A stretch of 64,000 bases of DNA, from the NCBI GenBank assembly GCA_977862235.1, contig OZ374563.1, forward strand, positions 2,108,001 to 2,172,000, written 5' to 3'. The notes below the pieces were generated by a model. It ran no database searches. It was not told where the DNA came from and worked only from the letters and a program-made list of their open reading frames with translations. The stretch comes from Dudresnaya verticillata. Lineage: Eukaryota. This document shows positions 8,830-19,100 of this stretch, piece after piece. Each line of letters starts with the position of its first letter. Position 1 is the first letter of the stretch. The translations under genes and the position numbers were made by a program.

Positions 8830-11140
8830 GAGAGATAGAGAGAGAGACCTTTATTAAAGAACAAGATAGAAGCCCCTTGATGGGGCTTAGGAATCAGAGT
8901 TACCGTAAAGAGGCGAGCGGGATGATTGCGTGTTGTAGGACTTCGTCTGTTCCAAATATGCTTTGACAGCGCTGATGATAAATTTCTCCTGAAGCCATCG
9001 CGTTACCTATCTTACTGGCTTAAGGTATCGCAATGAATCACACAATTCAAAGCGCGAGTTGGAATGAGAGCGCGCAGAAAGGTGATCCTCAGGTCCCTGC
9101 CAAAGAGGGTGCCAAAGTCAGTCTCAAACTTGGCGAGAGGATGTACAGTGTGTCAGCATCGGCAGAGAGGGCTGGTGAGGTAGCACGCTGTGCTGTTGAG
9201 AGGGTACCAAAGCTGAGCACGAGCGAAGTTGCCATTTTGACAACAGCGTTAGAAGAGCTTTCTGCCAATAATAGTGAAACTTCAACCCATCGTGACAATC
9301 GTAACGCCCACGGAAAGGACCGGGTACAGACCATGGGAACGCGGGAGGTCTTCTGACGAGGGAACATCCCCCTCTCTTCAAAGCGAGCCGAGCCCCAGGA
9401 AATCTCGGGCAACTGTGTCACTGCCGTGCCACCTCATACAGCATGGGATAAGGCCCTTTGAATTTCTGCACTGCGCACAGCTGGTTTACATGGTCGTATG
9501 CCGCAGTGTCGCACTACCACACAGCACGCATGACCCTGATCAAAACGAGACGCACGCCTACCCCCCATCAACCAGTCAAGCCCATCACATCCATCCCTGT
9601 GTGGGAACACAGTATCCTTGGCATTATCAAAGGCTTTTACCACACCCTCGAGCCCGATCAGTACTAGTACAATTCAACAGAATATTGCAACTAAGCGTGG
9701 GGAAAGAAAAAAGAGCTCCCACGTTTAGCGGTATGGGGTGCAGTCGTGCGGTTCCCACAACCGCGCCCCCATACGCTTTCGCCACTCGCATGGTCTCGGC
9801 CCATACCTCTACCACACCCTCATACCCACGGTTCAGCCGCATCATCATGGACTTCTAAAGCAGATGAAATTCCCGCAGTGCTGTTCCCTCATCCTTCGAT
9901 TGAATTACAACCGCATTGCCCCCAGAGCCTGATGCAATACTCATGCATTGTCTTCCCAATGACAATACTGAACAATTATGCACTGCACATCCGCAAAGGC
10001 CCACAGCTTTTGTTGGTTATCATAGTCCTCCATGGGCAACAGGGCTCATACGCAGAAATTCCATGGATATCTGCGGGATATATCCATGCTTGCAGCTCTC
10101 TAGAGATTGGAGATTATCGTTCTTCAAGTTCTTGCTCTCGAAAATGGCATGGAAGTCATGAAGTGTTAGGGAGATGACTCAAGGATGTAGATTCTTACTC
10201 CGGGCGGAAATTCAGGGCCACTAGCTTGCGACTGGCCGGGCAGAGAAGGGCTCGACCTCCGAGCAGAAGTGCATGTTAACAGTGCAGAAGTACATCATTG
10301 CGAGATTGGGAAATTTTCAAGCTTCCAGCCGACGGCAAGCTCTCTATCTCGGTTATTCGCTTCATGTATTATGTACATACGAAACTCCAGGACGTAATGT
10401 TTCTTCGTTCTGCCGAGCAAGGTCTCGTAAATAAAGGGACCCAAGTTCCATAGGACCACCGTGAGGACGGAAATCTGTATCTCATACAGGGCATAGAACC
10501 TTTGACAACAAGAACTACCCATTTGGGATGGAATAGAGTCTTTTCTGATGGTATCCTCGGATCTCTCGGATATATTCTATCTCTGGACATGTTTGTCGTA
10601 AACAACATTCCATCTCGTAAGCAAGAGCACACCAAATTGTCTTGCGAAACTGATATAGCAAGCAAAGGGGCCGCTATTTCGGGTGGTCGGCGTATGACCA
10701 CGCTTTTGAGCGGGGGCCAAAGGAACATCGTGCGACGTGTGATGAAAGATCCGATGAAAGCCGAAACCTTTCCTGAAAGCAAAAGAGGTCTGCGTGTGCT
10801 AAGATCTGGAACCAGGGGCAGGACTTCAGCATGTGTTTTGCTGAGGCCGAGGGCCTTGTTGGGTTGAACGGAGGAGATTGCTTGAAGGATTGATTGGCCG
10901 AAGGATCGGGGAACATAAAGCTTTCTTGGGTAACAGTGTTAGAGGCAGGAAACCTGGCCCAGATTCCCCGTCGCAGCGGGCTGCAGCAGGGGTCCCATAC
11001 CACATGTGGAGCGAGGCCAGGCGGCGCTTGTGTTGGCGGCGTTGTACACGGAATGCCAGAGCAAGTGAGGTGTCCGGATGGTGGAGCAAGGGTTGTTCGG
11101 AAGGTTTGTTGAAACACCAATACCGCAAGTGCAGCATGGA
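8830..11140 (-). mobile_element. Heavily decayed CRE-like non-LTR retrotransposon with RT and RLE remnants, fragment C (copies ~26166-28476, 43502-45812, 60838-63148); 5' limit approximate
   Basis: Colinear degenerate motifs on the minus strand: LLPKK..RPI (~10936-10892), FNPTR..CP (~10870-10820), SQDN (~10640), HPK (~10525), LGP (~10440), PVAHGGL (~10043-10023), DWL (~9575), Y...LAP...GTxG (~9140-9085), VTRWLQEKFIISAVKAY. The TAA stop abuts GCCCC-N5-GGGGC, then AATAAAGGTCTC and a (TC)n tail. Confidence 0.55.
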
Positions 11141-12086
11141 GTGAATACGGGGTTGAAGTCGTGAGCTCCCCCGTTAATGAAAACGGTGAAAAGGCCAAGC
11201 TTCGGACTGGGCGGTATCAGAGCGACCGGAAAAGGTTGACAAAAATGACTCGGCTATCACATCGCGGCAAGATCTGCGTAGATGATCAAGTTCCTGAGAC
11301 CAGAAAGGTTCAAAATGTAGCGGTCTTTGCAGGCAGACACTCAGCCAGTGATTAATGGGGAAGCCAAGAGGATCAGCGAAGATGCGTTCAGCAGGATCGA
11401 GAGTTGCAGCAGAACGAAGACGAGAATGGTAGGAGGGAGCCGTGTGACGGGAACCGTTTGTGATTACTCTTCCGCGTAGAACATCACCCATTTTCAAGAA
11501 TAGCACTATAAGGACTGTTTTGGTACATGACCGAGGTTTCTTCTATTCCAACATCCGGATTGAGACAACGAATTGGCTTGGCGTGGGTGACTTCAGGCCT
11601 TGCAGCGTCTCGTAGTTTTCAGTAGTCACGTCCGCCTGGCGTGTCCGTTGCTTGCAAGAGTGAGGTGAATCCCAAAAGGGACGAGCTTCAGAAATTGTCA
11701 AGTGACTTCCTTCACGAGAAGTCAGAGCAGGAGCTCCGAGGACTGGCATGAACTGCAGGAATGGGGATCTTGGTGTCGCAGCAGATATCCTCTCGGTGTT
11801 CTCAGGACAAACCCGTTGCTCCTCTGCTCCAAAAAAGGTACCGAAAGGAATCACTTGGCTTCCGATGGACGCGGTAAGAGGGCAGCAGCGCAAACTGGAT
11901 TCTTCTCCATGAACTGAAGCAAATCGTCCCGAAAAGGCTTACAGTTGGAATACACAGTTGGAATGCGAGAGAGTTGGAATGCGAAATGATTTCTGCAGCA
12001 CGAAATACTCCTTGATGGCAGCAGGTCTGATCCTTTGCTGCATAATGAGCATCTCCCTCTGATCCTTTGCGTTGCGAGGCGGGCAG

Positions 12087-13914
12087 CTTTCCATCGCTTC
12101 AACACGTCACCATCGGAGCATTTGTAAGTCAGCTCGTATGTTCATCTGTATTTCCACATCTCTATTCCACTGCGAGTATCTTCTTCGGACCATACCACCT
12201 GTGACACTCTTGCTCAACAACGAGCTGCAGCGTTGAGCTGGCCGCCGTTCATCTCCGATCTTCGACAAGTACGTGAATGCGAGGAATTCACTTCTTTTCC
12301 TCAAGAAACCATACCTTTTGCTACTAACCAAACCGGGCAAACCTTCAAGCCGTACAGGGACGCTCGCAAAAAACGCCAGTGCGCACGACACCTTCAAGTA
12401 AGCAACACAAAGCTCATTGGACCTTTGAGATACCCGCTCTCCCTCCCCTTTAGAACTTCGATTATTTTCTGCAGGGGATATGGATAACCAGTTGAACATT
12501 GGTGGTATAAGGCTCAGTGCAGATGACTCGAGCGTTGGCTCCGTACCACAGAACGAACAGACAGAAAGCCAAGTAGGAGATACTGTTATCAGTAAGAACA
12601 TTTGGAGTGACTCCGCAAGCAAATCACATGTCCAGACGAGACCCCCGTCTGCATGTGTCAGCGTTACTGAGGAAGTTAATGAAGTTATTCCTGATCGTAC
12701 TATCGGTGATAGCGTCCCAGAATTCTGCTCGACACATGTACCCACGCCCGCTCCTGACAAGGTTACGGGGTACTTGAGCCTTAAGGAAGAGCTTGACACG
12801 AGTACAGGATGCGTATCCGAATCGGATACGGGCAAAACACGATCACCTCCAAAGCGTATGTTCTTTATCTTTCTCTCTGCGAGTTCGAGGCCCATCATTA
12901 CCCAACTTTCACGCCATCGGGATTTTGTTTCCTGTCCTCACCGCTAACAACTATTTCCGTTCATCCTGCTTTCCCCTCATAGATGCAAATCCTTCAGGTC
13001 AGTATCACGAGTATGTCCATTCAGGAACCGGAGAAGTTTCAACCCTAATCGCAGATGGAAAACAACTGTCTATTGAAGTTGAAGCTCCTAGCGAAATTCC
13101 AACGGTCACGATTGCGGAAAGAGCGCGAGTTACATTTCTTGAAGACTCATCTAGATTCAGAAGGGATGGAGAAATCTTTTCTGAGTTGTTCCACGTGCAA
13201 GATTCCTTCAATAAGGACAGCGACGAAACGGTCCATTGCGTTGACGTATCATCCAATTCGCAGGAACACCAGTATGCCTCCCACCCAGGGGAAGTTAATC
13301 CGAGGAACGAAGAAAGACATGACAGGGTTCAATCTGATGGTAGGTCCCTCCCGAAGGACAGGAATAGTGTGAACAAATGGAAGGTAGCTGGAATTGTCTT
13401 ACACGTCCGACAAGATGATACAGGTGGGCATATCAATCTGAAAGGAGCCCCAAACATTGGGACCGGAGAAGGGCAAACTAGTCATCAAGCAAAGAGGAAG
13501 AATATGAGGTATCAGCCTCATGTGTACAATCGTCTCAGGCAGTTGAGAATCTACAAGTTGAAGTATGAAGCCGAACGGAAAAAGAAGAGAGAAGAAGAGG
13601 CGATTTCAAAATGTGAGGACAGCTCTGGAGAAGGGCAATGCCTGGATCTTCAAGGGGAAAGAATTCCAAACTACGACGCGAAAAAGATGCGAGACACTAA
13701 AGAAGAGCCCCTTTCTACGTATACGGACAACGAAGGCTTACCTGCGGCTCAAAAAGACAACAAAGGGGTTGACGCATTTCATAACGGAGATCACGAAATA
13801 CAACCTGCTCAAGTCGGGCTTCGCTTGGCTAGTTCAGATGATAGAGAAAAAGTATTTGGGACTATGGGAGAGCTGATAGAGTATCATGCCAACTTGGGAA
13901 AAGACAAGGCATAA
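12087..13914 (+). CDS. Multi-exon hypothetical low-complexity/charged protein, copy 1; exons ~12087-12123, 12231-12268, 12358-12397, 12475-12855, 12983-13914; 5' end unresolved
   Basis: Four phase-consistent introns: 12124-12230 (GTAAGT..CTGCAG), 12269-12357 (GTACGT..TACTAAC..TACAG), 12398-12474 (GTAAGC..CTGCAG), 12856-12982 (GTATGT..GCTAAC..CATAG). The last joins ORFs 12480 and 12793 in frame. Basic patch ERKKKREEE. Confidence 0.7.
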
Positions 13915-14752
13915 GCCTTTGCGCGGAAGTACGTCACTTTGATGTCGCCCTGCCCCCACCGCGTCACATACCCCCGTTGGCTCTACAGCTACCAGACCAC
14001 CGCGATTGGAAGCTGACGATCCGCTAGAACTTGCGCACCTTCCCATTCCCACCAAGCTGCACCACCACTGCAGCCCTAGTACGTATGCATGCCGTGAAGT
14101 TACAGCTTATATTCTCCCCAAGGCCCACTTCCGACATGTATAAATAGAGTTCGTCACCTCGCAGCTAGCACCATGATGGGCCTTTGCAGCCTGCGCAGGA
14201 CCACCTAAAACAACAATAAACATGAATCATCACCATGAGTTTCCGATATAGCTCATCTGCCTTTCCCACGATATACTTCGAATTTTTCGCCGACGCCCTT
14301 GGGGCCATTACCCAACATCTCTGCCTCGAACTTTCCACAACTGCAAACCCGCACTCCGTAGAGCTAGGCCCCGATCTGACACGACTGCCTAGCTGAACCT
14401 GACCAAAGCACTGCTGACAGATTACGCCCACCTCGGCACTCACCCACGGTGAGCTTTTGTGTGAGCCGTTCTTGCCCGCGAAAGCCCACCAAAAACAACC
14501 AACAAGAACCTCTGTGCGAACCGAGTAATGCTTAATTTTAAACGTAGATACAGTAAAGCTCCACGGCCTACTGACCGGAATGAGCGCTGGATCCCGTAAT
14601 CTTTGAATCGCAGTATGGGTAGTAACGTTTTCGCACAGGAATGAAGAGATCCAATCCTCAACAAGCATGCATCCCTTTAATCACAAGATTCAGAGTAAAG
14701 AGAAATCTCTCATGCAGAAACACTCTTTGGGCGGAATCAAAAAGTCCTTTTC

Positions 14753-15799
14753 CTACGCCGAAGGCGACGGAATGTTTTCCATCACGTGAAAGCCCATTGT
14801 TTCGATCGAGCAATGACACTTCTCTACCATCTCTTGCAGTGCCTTTTTGCACAACCTCATCTCCATCACGATTGAATTCAGGCGAGCTGGTATCTTCCAG
14901 AGTTCCGCAGTAGCATGCATCATCCTCTCCGCGTTAACACCCCGCAATCCCACAGAATTAGCACCTGACATCGCTTGCCCGTGGCTCATTTGATACGGAA
15001 TGTATCCATATCCTCCTCCGAGCCAAACTGGTTCGGTAATTGTGAACTGAAAGGAGGGCACCTCTTCAGCTCGAATGAGCCTGATTTTCTCTTTCAGGGC
15101 CGCAATTGCCGCAGACCCTCTCTTCACCTCTTCTGAAAGAAGATCTTTGCAATGATTCACCATGACGAGATAGAAGTGCAGGCTGTTATTGAACCCAAGA
15201 CTCCGCTGGCCTCCTGGGACATGGTCAAACTTCACGCGGAGAACGTCCAGAGAGCTCAGGCCCGTCATAGACTCGTACGAGTACTCATAATCAATAGCTT
15301 CACTATCGGTAGAAGCTTTCTCCAAAAGTTGCAGGACATGAACCAAGCCAGTCTCTGCAGGGCCCGAAAGATCATTTCCATGCAAACCAGGAACATGCCT
15401 AGAGGTGCCAGTGGACACCGTACTGGCATGATTGCGGTGCCCGTCCGTGGAGCTCGAAGCGTGCCCGCCCTGTGGGTTTGAAGCCAAGCTTGACTCTGAC
15501 AAATTGCGATCTCCATGAGCTTCCGAGGGGCCTGCGTGGGTTGCCTCGCCAATTGTGCATGATGGGATTCTCCACGAGTTAATGTTGCGAATCACACTGG
15601 AGCTCAAGCGCCCTTCTCCGTCACACAGCCGTCTATACCACTCGCGGTTAGACGGATTCATGGCTGGCTTAAGCTTCTGCCGGCAGTCTTGAAATGGACT
15701 TTCGACACTTTGTAAGACTGAACGCAGTGACTGTGTCCAAGGGTTAGGCCACCGACCGCGTGATTCTGCATTTCCGGCGATGCGCACGGAATCACGCAT
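14753..15799 (-). CDS. ORF348 copy 2, immediately downstream of the copia 3' LTR
   Basis: Intact 348-aa ORF with 4 aa differences from copy 1; protein identical to copies 3 and 4. Confidence 0.6.
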   Translation of the reverse strand: MRDSVRIAGNAESRGRWPNPWTQSLRSVLQSVESPFQDCRQKLKPAMNPSNREWYRRLCDGEGRLSSSVIRNINSWRIPSCTIGEATHAGPSEAHGDRNLSESSLASNPQGGHASSSTDGHRNHASTVSTGTSRHVPGLHGNDLSGPAETGLVHVLQLLEKASTDSEAIDYEYSYESMTGLSSLDVLRVKFDHVPGGQRSLGFNNSLHFYLVMVNHCKDLLSEEVKRGSAAIAALKEKIRLIRAEEVPSFQFTITEPVWLGGGYGYIPYQMSHGQAMSGANSVGLRGVNAERMMHATAELWKIPARLNSIVMEMRLCKKALQEMVEKCHCSIETMGFHVMENIPSPSA

Positions 15800-15892
15800 C
15801 TCGTAGGAAAATCTGTGGAAAGCCTTTCAAATTTTGACATCTCGAGAGACCCGCAAAATCTGCCTTCGCAGCCCTTGGGAAGAAGTGGAATG

Positions 15893-16162
15893 TGTTAGAT
15901 TTGTGTGTTGATGTGCCAACCAGTCTGGGCTACTCCCTGTTTATGGCTGGTCTTTATACGGTAAGCAAAGTCCTACTACTACATTTTCGAACCTTTGCTT
16001 GCACGGCAGGAGAGTCCTCTCCGGGTGATAATTCCGGGGGAGTCTCCTGAAGAGCAGGGCCGGAGAGTTTCTGCACTTCTGTCATTGTCAGGTAAACTGC
16101 ATTGTTGTGGTGCATGTTGACCGTGATAAGTTCGTGTCACATTGAACATCATTGTGCCAACA
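15893..16162 (-). repeat. 3' LTR of copia copy 1 (270 bp)
   Basis: TGTTAG...CCAACA on the + strand; no difference seen from 20436-20705. TATAAAG on the minus strand at 15952-15958. Confidence 0.97.
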
Positions 16163-16171
16163 TTCCCCCTC
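16163..16171 (-). promoter_or_regulatory. Polypurine tract GAGGGGGAA
   Basis: Directly precedes the 3' LTR on the minus strand, 4 nt after the pol stop codon. Confidence 0.9.
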
Positions 16172-16175
16172 GAAC

Positions 16176-19100
16176 TTAACAGCGGTCGATTGAGATGCCC
16201 ATCATACTTGTGAACCTTGTATGTTTGAACTTCTGCAAGGCCTTGGTCATAACGTCTGCCACCATATTCTCGGTTGAGATGTACTGTAGTTCGATAGACG
16301 CTTTCTGGATGTGGTCACGAATGAAATGGTACTTGACATCGATGTGTTTCGTGCGTTCGTTGGAGACACTGTTCTTTGCGAGCGCCATCGAACCTTGATT
16401 GTCTGTGTATAATGTGAAAGTCTTGTTGGCATCTGCGCGAAACTCCTTGTTCAGTCGTTGAAGCCATAAAGCCTCACGAACGGCAAATGAAGTTGCAACA
16501 TATTCGGCTTCAACACTTGACTGTGCTACTATACTTTGTTTCTTGCTACGCCATGAAATAGCCCCACCGCAACTCAGGAAAACAAATCCGCTTGTTGATT
16601 TCCTCTCAATGCGATCTCCGGCAAAGTCAGAATCAGTAAATCCATGCAACCCTACGCAATCTTTGCTCCTTGATACAAAGGAGATACCATTCTCTTCTGT
16701 ACCTTTCAGGTAACGAAGGACATACTTGGCGGCATTCCAGTGTACTCTAGAAGGCTTTTGCATAAAACGGGAGAGATATGAAGTTGCAAACGCGATGTCT
16801 GGCCGGGTAGTGTTGGCAAGGTGCAGCAAACCTCCAACCAATTCGCGAAACGGTACCGATTCTGGTTCCCATTCCCCCTCATCGGTGACGTTTGGGGTTT
16901 CCAGAATTGTGCCAGGTGGCAATGGAGTAGTTGTAGACTTGGCATACTGTAATCCGAACTTAGAAACCATCTCGCGGATCATGTGTGGACTGGATACCTG
17001 AATGCAACGTAGATCACGGTTACGATGAATGATGATACCTAAAAACTTCGTCACACTCTTCTCGACGCGGATATCTACCTTTTCGGCAATAGATGTAGTT
17101 ATCTTGCGCATTAATGAGAGGCTGGCACTGACGAGTAGCATATCATCTACGTAGACTAAAACAAACAAACGGATAGAGTCGAGGATAAGGATGTAGAGGC
17201 TAGCGTCAGACTCAGACTGAAAGAAACCCAGGGTCTTAAGAAGTGTATCGATTGTTCGATGCCAGGCACGCGAGGCTTGCTTCAGACCGTAGAGCGCTTT
17301 CAGGAGGCGGTAGACAAAATGACGTTTTTCATTGTTCACGAAACCCTCAGGTTGTTTCATGTAGATGACCTCGTCAAGGTCGCCCTTGAGAAACGCAGCC
17401 TTCACATCCAGTTGCATCATCTGTAAGTCCTCATCCGCTGCCAAGGAGAGAAGGAAACGGAGCGTGGAGTATTTGGCTACAGGTGCAAATGTTTCTTCGT
17501 AGTCAATTCCATACCGCTGTGAAAATCCTTTTGCTACGAGGCGTGCTCGATATCGAGATACCCGGTGGTCAGCGTCTCGCTTCTTGAAATAAACCCACCT
17601 GTTCTGGACGGCCTTGGCATCCGTCGGGAGAGGAACAAGCATCCATGTACTCTTACGCTCGATCTCAGCAATTTCTTCATTCATAGCCTGAACCCATTGA
17701 TCCTTTTCAGGGCCGCCTACGGCCTCTTTGTATGTGGTCGGAACCTCGGCTGATTCATTTCCCATTCGTACGTTAAGTGCAATTGATGCGATGTCACCGT
17801 ATCGCGCTGGAGTTGTCGACGCACGATTAGAGCGACGCAATTGCGGGAAGTGGGTAAGTTCTTCAGTATTAACGGAACTAGGGGAGTTGCTGTCCCTATC
17901 CTCTTCGTCTTCGTGATCGGACTGGAGTTCTCCTTCTTCGTCATCGGAGTCGTCCGCGAGATCTGGGAGAGAATTGTTATCATCCTCCGGGTCAGGTAGT
18001 TCCATAAAGTTATGTTTGGTTTCCTCTTCTGGCTCTGACACAGCGTCAAGACCTGTGTAGGTCTCATCGCAGCTGACATCTCGGGAAGTAACAACTTTGC
18101 CATCGGTAACGAAGTAGACTTTGTAACTGTTGCCTCTTTCATAACCAACCAGGAGGCCTACCTTGGCCCGTGGTTCGAATTTGCTTTTCCTGGTTGCTTT
18201 GGGAATATGGACATACGCTCGGCAGCCAAACTTGCGGATGTGGGCTAGATTTGGCTTCTTGCCCATAATAACTTCGTACGGGGTCTGGTTGGACGAATTG
18301 CATGAACGGGTATACAGCCGGTTTCGAAGGTAGTTAGCTGTGTTTACAGCTTCAGCCCACAGTGATTCATGGTCAGGAATGTCTGAAACAGCCATGAGCA
18401 TTGTTCGAGCCATGTCTAGCAGGGCACGGTTGAGTCGTTCGGCCTTTCCGTTAGACTCCGGAGAGTACGAAGAGGTTAATTCGTGAACTGTACCTCGATT
18501 GGAGAGCCATTTCTTGAACTTGTTGGAGAGGAATTCCCCGCCATTATCAGTACGCATCCTCTTGACACGTACAAATTCGGGGTCGTAAGCGTCTGCAGTT
18601 ACACGACGGGCTATTAGTCGTTTGACCTTAGAGCCGAATACAGTTTCCAATTCCACTAGCATCTCTTTTAGTGCTTTGCTGGCATCTCCCTTCCCGGAGA
18701 TGAAACGTACGAGAGACAAGGAACTGTGGTCATCGAGTAGAGTCACGAAATGCCGTGCACCCTTGATGGATCGGCGACGAGAGGGGCCAACTAAATCAGA
18801 GTGGACAAGATGTAACGGTTGTGTAGACTTCTGTTCTTCATCGGTGGCCTCAAAACGTACTTTGCGAGTCGACTTTCCCTTGAGACAGCTATCGCACTTT
18901 GATGGAAACTTGCACTGAGATATTTCAAGACCATTGACTAGTGGAAGGGAATGCTGAATTGTTTCAGGACTAACGTGTCCCAGCCGTTCATGCCATAGCT
19001 TCTGTTTGGCTTCGACGGAAATGGCAGCAGTGTGAGTGTCAGCTTCCACTTGTGTTGGATTCATGGTGACTCGATACAGTCCGTCCTCGTGTTCGAGACC

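Noticed and set aside
12107..12898. 263-aa minus-strand ORF
   Set aside because: Antisense to a plus-strand gene supported by four phase-consistent introns.
2235..14752. The 12.5-kb unit as an endogenous virus, Polinton or giant LTR
   Set aside because: No recognisable capsid, pPolB, packaging ATPase, integrase or terminal repeats. It contains spliced host-type genes, and the copia has its own 270-bp LTRs and TSD.
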